Shown: positions 8,530 to 18,466 of the stretch, piece by piece
Position numbering within the stretch: position 1 is the first letter of the stretch
Layout of the letters: each line of letters begins with the position of its first letter
Source: Eubacteriales bacterium
GTDB taxonomy: Bacteria; Bacillota; Clostridia; Oscillospirales; QAKW01
NCBI GenBank assembly: GCA_045546895.1
Contig: JAZQDS010000102.1
Location: 1-51,774 of the forward strand
Length of the DNA stretch: 51,774 bases
Direction: 5' to 3'
Notes under the pieces: model-generated
What the model was told of the DNA's origin: nothing
Seen by the model: only the letters and a program-made list of their open reading frames with translations
The model's database searches: none
Program-made: the position numbers and the translations under genes

Positions 8530-9576
8530 ATGAAAAACATTACAATTATCGGTGCAGGCATGATGGGCTCTGCGCTTGCATTTCCCGCCCGCGAAAACGG
8601 CAACGATGTTCGCTTGGTTGGTACTCCCCTGGATCGGGAGATCATCGAAACCAGCCGCGCAACCGGCCGCCATCCCAAATTTGTTAAGGATTTTCCTGCC
8701 GGCGTTCGCTATTTCCAGATCGAGGAGCTGGAGGAGGCGCTGAAGGATACCGATTTTATCATCTGTGGTGTCAGCAGCTTTGGTGTGGATTGGTTCCGCG
8801 ATGAGATTTTGCCGATTTTGGATGAGAAGGTTCCTGTTATCTCCGTTACCAAGGGCTTGGTAGATCTGCCCGATGGTAAGCTGATCAGCTATCTGGATTA
8901 TTGGCAGGAGAAGCTGGATGCGCTGGGTAAGAAGACCCTGCTCAATGCCATCGGCGGCCCCTGCACCAGCTATGAGCTGGTTGCCCATGATCAGACCGAG
9001 GTTGCTTTCTGCGGTAAATGCATGGATACTCTCAAGATGATCAAGGAAGCAATGGCTACCGATTATTATCATATCAGCTTGTCTCGCGATATCATCGGCG
9101 TTGAAAGCGCGGTTGCTTTGAAGAATGGCTATGCGCTGGGGATTGCGCTGACCATCGGCCTCAATCAAAAGGCCTTTGGCATTGATAGCGAGCTTCATTA
9201 TAATTCTCAGGCGGCGGTATATGGTCAGGCGGTTCGCGAAATGACCAAGCTGCTGCAGATGCAGGGTGCAGGCGATCTGAATAACATCGTTATCGGTCTG
9301 GGCGATCTTTATGTTACCGTTTACGGCGGCAGAACCCGCTTGGTTGGTATCCTGCTGGGCCGCGGCCTGAATATCGATGAGGCCAAGGCAGAGCTTAATG
9401 GCGTAACGCTGGAATCTCTGGTAGTTGCCGAGCGTGTTGCCAGAGCGGTAAAGGTTAAGGCGGAGCGCGGCGAAATCTCGCTGAAGGATTTCCCCTTGCT
9501 GATGCATATCGATGAGATCATCATCGGCCGCAAAGAGGTTAATATTCCTTGGGAAGCATTTACCTTTGAAAATTAA
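8530..9576 (+). CDS. NAD(P)-dependent glycerol-3-phosphate dehydrogenase-family protein (divergent GpsA-like)
   Basis: IIGAGMMGSALA, SVTKG, GGP, VALKNGYA (catalytic Lys), GLGDLYVT..GGRTR. Confidence 0.8.
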   Translation: MKNITIIGAGMMGSALAFPARENGNDVRLVGTPLDREIIETSRATGRHPKFVKDFPAGVRYFQIEELEEALKDTDFIICGVSSFGVDWFRDEILPILDEKVPVISVTKGLVDLPDGKLISYLDYWQEKLDALGKKTLLNAIGGPCTSYELVAHDQTEVAFCGKCMDTLKMIKEAMATDYYHISLSRDIIGVESAVALKNGYALGIALTIGLNQKAFGIDSELHYNSQAAVYGQAVREMTKLLQMQGAGDLNNIVIGLGDLYVTVYGGRTRLVGILLGRGLNIDEAKAELNGVTLESLVVAERVARAVKVKAERGEISLKDFPLLMHIDEIIIGRKEVNIPWEAFTFEN

Positions 9577-9589
9577 TTTAGGCGAAGTT

Positions 9590-9628
9590 AAGCCCGCCGA
9601 TCCTTGGGATCGGGGGGCTTGTTTTTTT
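9590..9628 (+). terminator. Intrinsic terminator
   Basis: AAGCCCGCCGATCC-TTG-GGATCGGGGGGCTT followed by GTTTTTTT. Confidence 0.75.
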
Positions 9629-9683
9629 GCAGCTGTTATGATATACTAAATGCCGATATGATTATTTTATAAGGAGCGAAAGA

Positions 9684-11555
9684 ATGCCCTTTTTACCGAT
9701 TACCAAAAAAGAAATGCAGCAGCGTGGCTGGGCTGAGGCGGATTTTATCATTGTAACGGGGGATGCCTATGTAGATCATCCCTCCTTTGGTACTGCCATC
9801 ATTTCCCGCGTTTTAGAGGATGCAGGATATCGTGTTTGCATTTTGGCGCAGCCGCGCAGCGAGGCGGATTTTTGCCGCTTCGGCGCGCCGCGGCTTGGAT
9901 TTTTGGTCAACGGCGGCAATATCGATTCGATGGTTGCCCATTATACAGCCGCAAAAAAGCGCCGCAGCGAGGATGCCTATACCCCCGGCGGCAAGGCGGG
10001 CGTTCGCCCCGATCGGGCGGTGATTGTTTACAGCCGCCGCCTGCGCAGCCTTTATCCCGATGCCTTTATCGCCATCGGCGGATTGGAGGCTTCCCTGCGA
10101 AGATTTGCCCATTATGATTATTGGGATGATCGGGTAAGGCCTTCGATTTTGCTGGATGCCGAAGCGGATTTGCTGATGTATGGTATGGGGGAGAAGCATA
10201 TTGTTGAGATCGCTGATCGGCTGAATGCGGGGGAGCTTCCCCAAAGCCTTACCGATATCCGCGGCACCTGCTATTGGGTAAAAACCGCCGATTATCAGCC
10301 TCGCTCGGTAAGGGAATGCCCGCGCTTTGAGGCGGTGGCGGAGCCTACGCCCGCAGGCAAGCGGAAATATGCCGAATCCTGCAAAATTCAGCAGGAGGAG
10401 CATGATGCTTTGCGGGGGCGGATTGTGATCCAGCGGCATGGGGATCGGATTGTTGTGCAAAATCCGCCGATGCCGCCGCTGGAAACCGAGGAAATGGATG
10501 CGGTTTATGCCCTGCCCTTTATGCGTACCTATCATCCCTCCTATGAGGCGCTGGGTGGGGTGCCCGGCATTGAGGAGGTTCAATTTTCCATTATCCATAA
10601 TCGCGGTTGCTTCGGCGCCTGCAATTTTTGCTCCCTTGCTTATCATCAGGGGCGGCAAATCAGCTGCCGCAGCCATCAATCGGTTTTGGAGGAGGCCCAA
10701 AAGATTACCGAAATGGAGGGCTTTAAGGGCTATATCCATGATGTTGGCGGACCGACTGCCAATTTTCGCGCTCCCTCCTGCAAGGCGCAGCTGAAGCGCG
10801 GCCTTTGCGCCGATAAAAAATGCCTTGCGCCGCAGCGTTGCCCTGCAGTGGAGGTAGACCACAGCGATTATCTTGCTCTGCTGCGCAAGCTGCGTGCTTT
10901 GCCGAAGGTTAAGCGGGTATTCATTCGCTCGGGCATTCGCTTTGATTACCTGATCGCAGATCCCGATGAAAGCTTTTTCAAGGAATTGGTGCAGCATCAT
11001 ACCAGCGGCCAGCTGAAGGTTGCGCCGGAGCATTGCTCCGCCAATGTTTTGAAGAGAATGGGCAAGCCGCCCATCGAGGTCTATAATCGCTTTAAAAAGC
11101 GCTTTTACGAGCTGACCCAAGCAGCAGGCAAGAAGCAATATCTTGTGCCCTATTTGATGAGCTCCCATCCCGGCAGCACCATTAACGATGCGATCGAGCT
11201 TTCCCTCTTTTTGAAAAAAGAAGGGATGCGGCCGGAGCAGGTGCAGGATTTTTACCCTACGCCCGGAACGGTGTCTACCTGCATGTTTTATACCGGCTTG
11301 GATCCGCTGACGATGGAGGAGGTTTATGTTCCTCGCTCGCCGGAGGAAAAGGCGCAGCAGCGGGCGCTTTTGCAATATTTCCGCCCCGAAAATCGCAGGA
11401 TTGTTTATGAGGCCCTGAAAAAGGCAGGGCGCCACGATCTGATCGGGGTGGGCAAGAATTGCCTGGTTGCGCCGCCGCCCGGTGCAGCGCAAAAGCCTCG
11501 TAAGCCCATCAGCAGGCTGAAAAAGAAAAACCAAATGAAGAAGAAAAAGAAATAA
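9684..11555 (+). CDS. YgiQ family (UPF0313) radical SAM protein
   Basis: GDAYVDHPSFG, ASLRRFAHYDYW, RGCFGACNFCS (CxxxCxxC), DVGGPTAN, QVQDFYPTP. Confidence 0.93.
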   Translation: MPFLPITKKEMQQRGWAEADFIIVTGDAYVDHPSFGTAIISRVLEDAGYRVCILAQPRSEADFCRFGAPRLGFLVNGGNIDSMVAHYTAAKKRRSEDAYTPGGKAGVRPDRAVIVYSRRLRSLYPDAFIAIGGLEASLRRFAHYDYWDDRVRPSILLDAEADLLMYGMGEKHIVEIADRLNAGELPQSLTDIRGTCYWVKTADYQPRSVRECPRFEAVAEPTPAGKRKYAESCKIQQEEHDALRGRIVIQRHGDRIVVQNPPMPPLETEEMDAVYALPFMRTYHPSYEALGGVPGIEEVQFSIIHNRGCFGACNFCSLAYHQGRQISCRSHQSVLEEAQKITEMEGFKGYIHDVGGPTANFRAPSCKAQLKRGLCADKKCLAPQRCPAVEVDHSDYLALLRKLRALPKVKRVFIRSGIRFDYLIADPDESFFKELVQHHTSGQLKVAPEHCSANVLKRMGKPPIEVYNRFKKRFYELTQAAGKKQYLVPYLMSSHPGSTINDAIELSLFLKKEGMRPEQVQDFYPTPGTVSTCMFYTGLDPLTMEEVYVPRSPEEKAQQRALLQYFRPENRRIVYEALKKAGRHDLIGVGKNCLVAPPPGAAQKPRKPISRLKKKNQMKKKKK

Positions 11556-11593
11556 AAAAGATCCGCATTGGAGTATCCCAATGCGGATCTTTT
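11554..11593. terminator. Bidirectional terminator
   Basis: AAAAAAGATCCGCATTGG-AGTATC-CCAATGCGGATCTTTT. Confidence 0.88.
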
Positions 11594-11596
11594 TAT

Positions 11597-12535
11597 TTAT
11601 TCTTTGGTATCCTCGGCGATCACATAGCGGGGGCGATCTTTCAGCTCTTCATAGATGCGAGCGAGATAATAGCCGATAATGCCGAGGCTGATCATCAGCA
11701 GGCTGCCGACCAATAAGATCAAGAGGATGACGGTAGTAAAACCCTCCAGCGCGCGGCCGCTCAGCTTCATCCAAAGGGAATGGGCGCCCAATAAGAGGGT
11801 GCCGATCATAAAGATCGCGCCCATCAGCGTTATCATATTCAGCGGCGCGGTGGAAAAGGCGCTGAGGGAGGAAAAGCTATATCGAATCAGGCCGAAGAGC
11901 GACCATTTTGTTTTCCCTTTGCGGCGGGGCTGCACTTCATATTCCACTTGCGCGGTTTTGAAGCCGATCCAAAAGGAAAGGGCGCGAAAAAAGGTATTCT
12001 TTTCCTGCACCGCCAGCAAGGTATCTACCGCCTTCCGATCCAACAATTTGAAATCGGAGGCGCGGGACATATCGGTACCGGATGCCTTGCTGATGGCGGA
12101 ATAAAAGAGCTTGGCAGAGGCGGTATAGAGAGGGGATTCCTTGCCCCGATCGGATTTGATCCCTTCGATGACCTGATAGCCCTGCTGCCAAAGGCGATAC
12201 ATTTCGATCAATTTTTCGGGCGGATGCTGAAGATCGCAATCGATTACCGCAACGCAATCGCCCGCTGCCTGCGCAAGCCCTGCAAAGATGGCAGCCTCCT
12301 TGCCGAAATTGCGGGAAAATCGAATGCCGCGGATCCGCTCGCTTTTGATGGTTTCGATCTCTGCCCAGGTCTGATCCTTGGAGCCGTCGTCGATAAAGAG
12401 CAGCTCAAAGGGGATGGCTGCCGCCTGCAAAATTTCCGAGATGGTTACCGCGGTATCGGCAATATTGGCTGATTCATTATAGGCGGGAACAACCACCGAA
12501 AGAAGCCCGGATTTTTCCTGAATTTTTTCGTTCAT
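11597..12535 (-). CDS. GT2 polyprenol glycosyltransferase (GtrB-like)
   Basis: VVVPAYNE, IDDGSKD, FSRNFGKEAA, IDCDLQHPP, two C-terminal TMs, RPRY. Confidence 0.92.
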   Translation of the reverse strand: MNEKIQEKSGLLSVVVPAYNESANIADTAVTISEILQAAAIPFELLFIDDGSKDQTWAEIETIKSERIRGIRFSRNFGKEAAIFAGLAQAAGDCVAVIDCDLQHPPEKLIEMYRLWQQGYQVIEGIKSDRGKESPLYTASAKLFYSAISKASGTDMSRASDFKLLDRKAVDTLLAVQEKNTFFRALSFWIGFKTAQVEYEVQPRRKGKTKWSLFGLIRYSFSSLSAFSTAPLNMITLMGAIFMIGTLLLGAHSLWMKLSGRALEGFTTVILLILLVGSLLMISLGIIGYYLARIYEELKDRPRYVIAEDTKE

Positions 12536-12541
12536 TTTTGT

Positions 12542-14128
12542 TTATCTCCTGTTTTCATAGGCGATTTCATAAGGCTGCTTGGGGGTATATTCCTCCGCCA
12601 GCTTTATAACCAAGCGCCCATCAATGGCGCGGATGCTATCGGGCGCGGGGTAGAGAGGCATTTCTTTAAACTCCGCCCCTTGAGCGGCGGCGATCAGCGT
12701 TTCCTCCGCCGGCTCCTCGATGGGGGTGTTGAGCCAATGATTTAAATAATAGTAGATATGCTTATTATTAGTTGCAACATTATTGATCGGCACGCTGTAG
12801 TGATCGATTTGCTCATAGCTTTCGATGGAGGCTTTTATCTGCGCGGGAGGAATTCTTCCGATGATTAAAATCTCCATTCCCGCCTGATAATCGGGATGGG
12901 CCTCAATGCGGGCCAGCAGGCGGGTAAGATAGCTTTCGGTGGCGCGGTGGGCCTGCGCCGAGGCGGTATAGATCAAATTATTGGTATTGAGGCAGAAAAG
13001 CATCATCCCCGCTGCCCATAGGGACAGCAGCGGCAGCTTCAGCCGCTGCAAAAGGCTGCAAAAGCGATCCTCTGCCGCATCGATCAGCAAAAAGAGGGCG
13101 ATGAAAAAGAAAACAAAGGCATATTTCATAATCGGGGTAGGATCGGAATAGGGGCTGATAATCTGCCCGAAATTCGCGCCCAGCGGCAAAAGCAAAAGCA
13201 TAGCGCCGCTTGCGAGCGCGCGGCTGATTTCCTTTTTCCAAAGGGCGGCAATCAGGGAAATCAGTAGCATGGCAAGCGCAGCGCTGCTGAGCAGAGCCAG
13301 CCCGATGGTGCAAAAGCTATCGGCAGAGCCTGCAAGGAATAGGGAGGCAAAAAATTGCCGATAGGCATTCAAAATCAGCGCGGGCAGCTGCCCGATGGGA
13401 TAGCCGCTAACTACTGCATCGATGCCGAGATAGGAGAGCAGCTGCAGATCCTTAACCTTTAAGAAAATCATTAAAATTCCGTAATAGAGGGCGGCGCCTG
13501 CTGCAATGCAGCCCATCAGCTTCAGCCCCTGCAGGAGAAAGCGCTTGAAGGTGAAATCGGGGCGCAGCGCTCGCCGCAAAAGGAGCAGCAGCGCCAAAGC
13601 AATAGCGACCGCCGCATAGGCTTGATAGATGCCCATTGCCGCCGCCAGCAGCAAAATACCGAAGCACCAGCCAAAGCGATAGCGCTTGATCAGCCAGATC
13701 GAAACCACCGCCATCAGGATCGCCAGACTGTAAGCCGCGGCGGTAAACATATAAAGATAGGTATAACCCAGCGCGGGGAAGGCGGCCATAGAAATTCCGA
13801 TCAGCGCAGAAAGGAAGCTGCTTTTAATTTCCAGCGTTTTAACGGTAAAGACTGCTGCCGCTGCAATCAGAAAAAGGGAGGTGAGCCCGATCGCCATCGG
13901 CATTTGGGTAAAGCGATTGAGATATGAGGCAAAATGAAGAAACCAGCGGCCCGATACGGTCATCTGCTGCGCATCAAAAACGCGGCTCAGCCCATCGGCA
14001 TTGGGGATCAGATTGGTAAAGGAATAGAGATGGATCAAAAGACCGCTGATCAGCGCAGCCAAAAAAGCCGCCGCCTGCTGCCGCGGAAAATATTTTTTCA
14101 TTTGAAGAACCCGCTGATCGATGGTCAT
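12542..14128 (-). CDS. GtrII-like integral membrane glucosyltransferase (GT-C)
   Basis: N-terminal N.DG, SGRWF and GIYQAY motifs; many TMs; paired with the GtrB-like gene. Confidence 0.8.
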   Translation of the reverse strand: MTIDQRVLQMKKYFPRQQAAAFLAALISGLLIHLYSFTNLIPNADGLSRVFDAQQMTVSGRWFLHFASYLNRFTQMPMAIGLTSLFLIAAAAVFTVKTLEIKSSFLSALIGISMAAFPALGYTYLYMFTAAAYSLAILMAVVSIWLIKRYRFGWCFGILLLAAAMGIYQAYAAVAIALALLLLLRRALRPDFTFKRFLLQGLKLMGCIAAGAALYYGILMIFLKVKDLQLLSYLGIDAVVSGYPIGQLPALILNAYRQFFASLFLAGSADSFCTIGLALLSSAALAMLLISLIAALWKKEISRALASGAMLLLLPLGANFGQIISPYSDPTPIMKYAFVFFFIALFLLIDAAEDRFCSLLQRLKLPLLSLWAAGMMLFCLNTNNLIYTASAQAHRATESYLTRLLARIEAHPDYQAGMEILIIGRIPPAQIKASIESYEQIDHYSVPINNVATNNKHIYYYLNHWLNTPIEEPAEETLIAAAQGAEFKEMPLYPAPDSIRAIDGRLVIKLAEEYTPKQPYEIAYENRR

Positions 14129-14263
14129 TTTCGAAAATGCCTCCTGTAAAATGTTTATACGAAATCATTATAACATAGCGTTATTTTATTTACAAGAATA
14201 TTATTTTTAAAGTACTTGATTTACGAAAACGGATGTGATAGAATGGCGGGGAGGTGATGATCG

Positions 14264-16417
14264 ATGAAGCTGAATCTTTTACCTTCGCCGCAATATGCAA
14301 AAGCAACGCCCATCGAAGGGCGCTCCTTGGTCGAGGGGTTGAAAACCGTTTATATAGAAGCAGGGCTTGAGGAAAAAATAGCTTCCGCCCTTGCTTTTTT
14401 GCCTTCCATGCAGCCCGCCGCCCGCGAGAAGGCGGCTCTGGTATTGAGCTGCACGCCGATGGAGGAGGATGCCGAATGGTTTCGGCATCCTTATGCTGCG
14501 GAGCAGGGCTATATTATAAGAGATTGCGGCGCGCAGGTGATTATTACTGCTTGCGCTGCGCAGGGATTAATGTATGGCATTGCGAGCCTGATCCAGCTCC
14601 CTGCTTTGCAGGCGGGCTTTGAAATCAAGGATTATCCCGATATTCGCTATCGCGCCAATAAATGGCTGATCTGGGCAGAGAGCGAGATCTGGTCCTATGA
14701 TCTCGGGGATGGCTATGATGCGGTTGTGGAGCGAATCCGCCGCAAGCTGGATGTTTGCCTGAAATATAAAATCAATTTGGTTTATTTTGACGGTTGGGGC
14801 GCCGATGTTGAGCGCTTTCCGCGTTATAAAGAGCTGATGCGGGAATGTAATCAGGAGGCGGAAAAGCGAGGAATTCGGCTGGTTTTCGGCGCCTATACCA
14901 TGGGCTATGGTCTTTCCGGTCATCAGATCGGAAAGCATTTCGGCAAGGTTTATATGAACCGCGCGCCTTATCCCGATGGACCGCTTTATGAATGCATGGG
15001 CACCTTTATCCATGATAAGCGCAACAATGGCATTCCCTATATCAAAGGGCGGGAGTACGGCACCTGCATTTCCAATGATGCCCAGCTGGCGGATAAGCTG
15101 GAGGAGCTTTGCCGCTTTGTTCGGGAAATTCAGCCCGGCGCGCTTTATTTACATAATATGGATTCCTGCAAAATCGATCAACGTCTTTGGCAGGCGCGCT
15201 GCTCCGAATGCAGGCGGCGCTGGCCATCGGATGATCTTTATGCCGCCGATGGAATGGCGGGCGCTTTTGCGGATTATTTTGATCGCTTGAATGGAGCGCT
15301 GAAAAAAGAAAGGCAGGATCTTTTGATTTTCAATGTTTCGCCCGGCTATATGGAATACAGGCTGGAGGATGATGAAATTGAGCGTGCCACGGAATTTTGG
15401 GCGGCTGTGCAGCGCTATTCCAAGGTGAAGGATGGCGTTTACCCGCTGGTAAGGGAGCTTTTCCAAAATAAGCGTAATGATGAATGGCGTATTCCTGCGA
15501 TGGCAAAGAAGCTTGAAAACTTCGGTATTATCAATTTCAGCGGCAGCGATGGTTTTTATAGCGATCAGCTGGTTGTTCCTACCGCGCTTATTTATAAGAT
15601 GTTTAAGGGCGCGGAGGTATTGATCTCCGCCAGCGGCAATTATTTTCAGGAACCGCTGCAGCTGGTGAATGCGGAATATATGTGGAATACCGATAATGCG
15701 GAGGAGCTGCCGCGCAGCTATGAGGAATTTCTTGCGCGCTATCATGATATGCGCCTCGGAAAGGATCGGCCTGCATTGATTTACGGCGCGGGCGGGCTGC
15801 TGGAAATCGCCTGCCAAAAGCTTTATGGCGAAGCAGCTCCGCAAATGGCTGAATTTTTCGGCCTGCATGGGAAGGGCGGGGAATGCCCCGTTCCCTATGC
15901 CTGCAGCAGGGAGATCGCAACCAATTGCAATAATGTTTTGCTCCATTATCGCTGGGATGTTCCCATTTCCGAAGAGGAACTGCAGGCTTGGACGGAACGC
16001 TTTGGCGAAATCCTGCGGCTGAATGAGCGGGGGCTTGCGCTGCTGGCGCAGGCGGCCGAGAAAAATGCCGATGCGGCGGAATATCGGCGGATTATGATGC
16101 TGAATCAGCCCTTCCTTTCTCTTTGGTATGAATATTTAAAGCTCTATCGGCAATTAGATGCCTATTTCCGCGGCGAAGGCGCGGAGGAAGGTGCAGCGGA
16201 GGCGGCTGCGCAGTTGATGCAAAAGGCAGAGGAGGAACAGGCGCATTTTGATGCGCTGGGCCTTGAGCCGCTGGATCCGATGGAAGGGGTATTCTGCCGC
16301 CGCAGAGAGCTGCTGAATACTTTGAAATATAATCTTTTACTGATGCAAAAAAGCTTGAAGACCAATCAGAGAATACCTGCCGATCGCGCGGAGCTTTCGG
16401 ATGAGGATTGGTGGTAA
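14264..16417 (+). CDS. Cytoplasmic glycoside-hydrolase-like protein (GH20 domain-2-like N-terminus plus uncharacterised barrel)
   Basis: EQGYII...VIITA..QGLMYGIASLIQL...EIKDYPDIRYR resembles hexosaminidase domain 2. GGAGGTG RBS. No signal peptide. Confidence 0.6.
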   Translation: MKLNLLPSPQYAKATPIEGRSLVEGLKTVYIEAGLEEKIASALAFLPSMQPAAREKAALVLSCTPMEEDAEWFRHPYAAEQGYIIRDCGAQVIITACAAQGLMYGIASLIQLPALQAGFEIKDYPDIRYRANKWLIWAESEIWSYDLGDGYDAVVERIRRKLDVCLKYKINLVYFDGWGADVERFPRYKELMRECNQEAEKRGIRLVFGAYTMGYGLSGHQIGKHFGKVYMNRAPYPDGPLYECMGTFIHDKRNNGIPYIKGREYGTCISNDAQLADKLEELCRFVREIQPGALYLHNMDSCKIDQRLWQARCSECRRRWPSDDLYAADGMAGAFADYFDRLNGALKKERQDLLIFNVSPGYMEYRLEDDEIERATEFWAAVQRYSKVKDGVYPLVRELFQNKRNDEWRIPAMAKKLENFGIINFSGSDGFYSDQLVVPTALIYKMFKGAEVLISASGNYFQEPLQLVNAEYMWNTDNAEELPRSYEEFLARYHDMRLGKDRPALIYGAGGLLEIACQKLYGEAAPQMAEFFGLHGKGGECPVPYACSREIATNCNNVLLHYRWDVPISEEELQAWTERFGEILRLNERGLALLAQAAEKNADAAEYRRIMMLNQPFLSLWYEYLKLYRQLDAYFRGEGAEEGAAEAAAQLMQKAEEEQAHFDALGLEPLDPMEGVFCRRRELLNTLKYNLLLMQKSLKTNQRIPADRAELSDEDWW

Positions 16418-16421
16418 AAAC

Positions 16422-16460
16422 AAAAACGGCAACGAAGGGTGCATCCTTCGTTGCCGTTTT
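16422..16460. terminator. Bidirectional terminator
   Basis: AAAACGGCAACGAAGG-GTGCAT-CCTTCGTTGCCGTTTT. Confidence 0.88.
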
Positions 16461-16461
16461 A

Positions 16462-17561
16462 TTATAGCTCAGAGGCAATATCGCCGAAATAATCGGAAAG
16501 CGCATTCCCAATCCCTCTGCGCAGTCTTTCATTTCTTTAACGGTATTGATATGGATCGAAATGCCGTTTTTCAGCCGCTCCTCCATAGCGATAATTTCCT
16601 TTTCGCCATGGGTATAAATTCGATCGCAGCCCTCCGCCAAAGGAGCTTGACGCAGCTCCTCCAGATAGGCGGAAAAATGCGCCCTGATGGCCTCGGGATC
16701 GCCAAACAAATTGGGATTGATGGCGATAAAGCCATGGCAGATCAGCGCTCGATTATCCTGATAAGTTTTATCGCTGGTAAGCCCTTGGGAGAGAATGGCG
16801 CTGAAAATTTCGCAGAGCATACCGTAGCCATATCCTTTATGGCCGCCGGTGGTTTCATAGGCGCCGCCCAGCGGCAGGATCCCGCCGCCTTGATGCGCCG
16901 CAATGCAATCGAGAACCTGCGGCGCGCCGGTGCATACCTTACCTTGGGCATCCAGAGCCCAGCAATCGGGCATTTCTTTTTCGGTCTTTTTATATAATTC
17001 CAATTTGCCGCGGGTTACTACCGAGGTGGAGGCATCAAAGAAGAAGGGATAGGGGTCTGCGGGCATCGCGACCGCGATGGGATTGCTGCCCAGCATCGCC
17101 TTGCGGGAGTTTGTGGGGACCATGATGGGCGCGGTATTGGTTACCGAAATGCCGATCAGCCCCTCATCGCAGGCCATTTTTGCGTAGTAGCCTGCGATGC
17201 CGTAGTGATTGGAGTTCTTTACCGTTACCATGCCGATGCCGGAGGTTTTTGCCTTTTGAATGGCCAGCTTCATTGCGCGATGGCTAACAATTTGGCCCAT
17301 TCCCTCCTTGGCATCGATCACCGCGGAAATCGGCGTTTCAAATATTGTTTCGGCTTTTGCATCCGCCTTGATCATCCCGCATTGCAGATGCTTATAATAG
17401 CGCATCAGCCGCTGGGTGCCGTGGGAATCAATGCCGTAGAGATCGGAAAGCAGGAGAACATCGGTGATAATCTTTGCCTGCTCGCAGTCGAAACCGAATT
17501 TTTGGAAAATATCGTTGCAGAATTACTTGAGATCCTGATATTGGAAGGTATATTCAGCCAT
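16462..17561 (-). pseudogene. Ldh_2-family oxidoreductase (malate/L-lactate/ureidoglycolate dehydrogenase type) with a nonsense codon and a 3' frameshift
   Basis: From ATG 17561 (AGGAGG RBS): MAEYTFQYQDLK*FCNDIF...SDLYGIDSHG, with TAA at 17523-17525. Motifs NSNHYGIAG, GSNPIA and GHKGYG are present. The apparent native end SDYFGDIASEL* (stop 16462) is in a shifted frame after about 16500. Confidence 0.85.
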
Positions 17562-17592
17562 AATGAGGCCTCCTGTTTTAAAATCTATTAAT

Positions 17593-17621
17593 ATTATAAA
17601 TTCCGGAGCGATGGGTGTCAA
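17593..17621 (-). promoter_or_regulatory. Consensus sigma-A promoter of the Ldh_2 gene
   Basis: Minus strand TTGACA, 17-nt spacer, TATAAT. Confidence 0.8.
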
Positions 17622-17734
17622 TATTTATGATCGCAAAAAGGAAAAATGGAAGAGAATGATGCATAAATATGGAAAAACAGTGCTATTTTGGGCTGCAGAC
17701 TATGGGAATGAAATATAGGCCCGTCTGCGAGGAT

Positions 17735-17898
17735 ATAAATCAAGTCTGTTAGCAAATAAGTGATAAGTGATGCAGCTGCGCTGTGATAGGCGATGCGGTG
17801 CGTTCTATTCACGCGCCAAAGGCGCCCACCTCGTTCCGCAGGAACGCATCACTCAAAAAAGTCTCTTTTGTCTGGTAGACAAAAGATACTTTTTTGTT
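17735..17898. repeat. REP/BIME-like element, copy A (terminator plus 2 hairpins)
   Basis: Near-identical to 18266-18466: ATAAATCAAGTCTGTT...GTGATAAGTGATGCAGCTGCGCTGTGATAGGCGATGCG...GGAACGCATCACTCAAAAAAGTC.CTTTTGTCTGGTAGACAAAAG. Confidence 0.9.
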
Positions 17899-17959
17899 GC
17901 GAAAGAGTGCCCAAAAGCAGCGTAAGTATGGGTAAGAAAGGCTAAAAGTAGTGTAGATC

Positions 17960-18235
17960 CTATTTAGCCTTCTTTTCGTTCTCTCGTATTTTTTGCAGAG
18001 AATACGAATTACTGCAAACATTACACCAAAATTCCGTCCATACAAATTTTATATTTCCCACCATGTAAGTATCTCCGGATGAAAAATCATAATTCTTCGC
18101 TTCTTCAGATTTTGAATTGACGATCTTCGACATTTTAATTGGTGTAAGCAAAGCATTGCAGGCGGGACAATGGTGTTTCTTGAAGCGCACCCAAAAAGGT
18201 CTTGACCATTCTCTTTTTACGCCATGAATTTTCAA
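17960..18235 (-). CDS. Small hypothetical protein with a Zn-ribbon-like CxxC pair (91 aa)
   Basis: AAAGGAGG precedes TTG at 18235; CPAC...CNVC; AT-rich compared with neighbours. The ORF-track extension to 18424 just reads through the repeat. Confidence 0.75.
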   Translation of the reverse strand: MKIHGVKREWSRPFWVRFKKHHCPACNALLTPIKMSKIVNSKSEEAKNYDFSSGDTYMVGNIKFVWTEFWCNVCSNSYSLQKIRENEKKAK

Positions 18236-18265
18236 ACGGATCGCCTCCTTTAGAGATATTATATC

Positions 18266-18466
18266 ATAAATCAAGTCTGTTTGTAAACAAGTGATAAGTG
18301 ATGCAGCTGCGCTGTGATAGGCGATGCGATGCGTTCTGCCCACGCGCCGCAGGCGTGCATCACAGGCGAAGCCTGCATCACGCACGTAGTGCGCATCACG
18401 TTCCGCAAGGAACGCATCACTCAAAAAAGTCCCTTTTGTCTGGTAGACAAAAGGGACTTTTTTGTT
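18266..18466. repeat. REP/BIME-like element, copy B (terminator plus 4 TGATG-spaced hairpins), abutting the tRNA-Leu 3' end
   Basis: Minus strand: GTGATG CGTTCC-TTGC-GGAACG TGATG CGCAC-TAC-GTGCG TGATG CAGGC-TTC-GCCTG TGATG CACGCC-TGC-GGCGCGTG. Confidence 0.9.

Noticed and set aside
9813..11534. Long antisense ORFs (also 2191-3234, 8461-9507, 19546-21171, 27506-29008 and others)
   Set aside because: Shadow frames of well-supported genes; no recognisable motifs.
16092..16461. C-terminal extension of the 437-aa ORF overlapping the GH-like gene
   Set aside because: Artefact of the frameshift; it reads through a bidirectional terminator.
17954..17962. TAGATCCTA at the cassette gene stop matches the tRNA-Leu anticodon arm (18507-18515), a possible att core
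   Set aside because: Only 9 bp, the rest of the tRNA 3' half is not duplicated, and spacing to the repeat differs; may be chance.
17735..18466. Possible CRISPR array
   Set aside because: Only two long copies; the internal units are hairpins joined by a 5-nt TGATG, with no constant repeat and spacer period and no cas genes.
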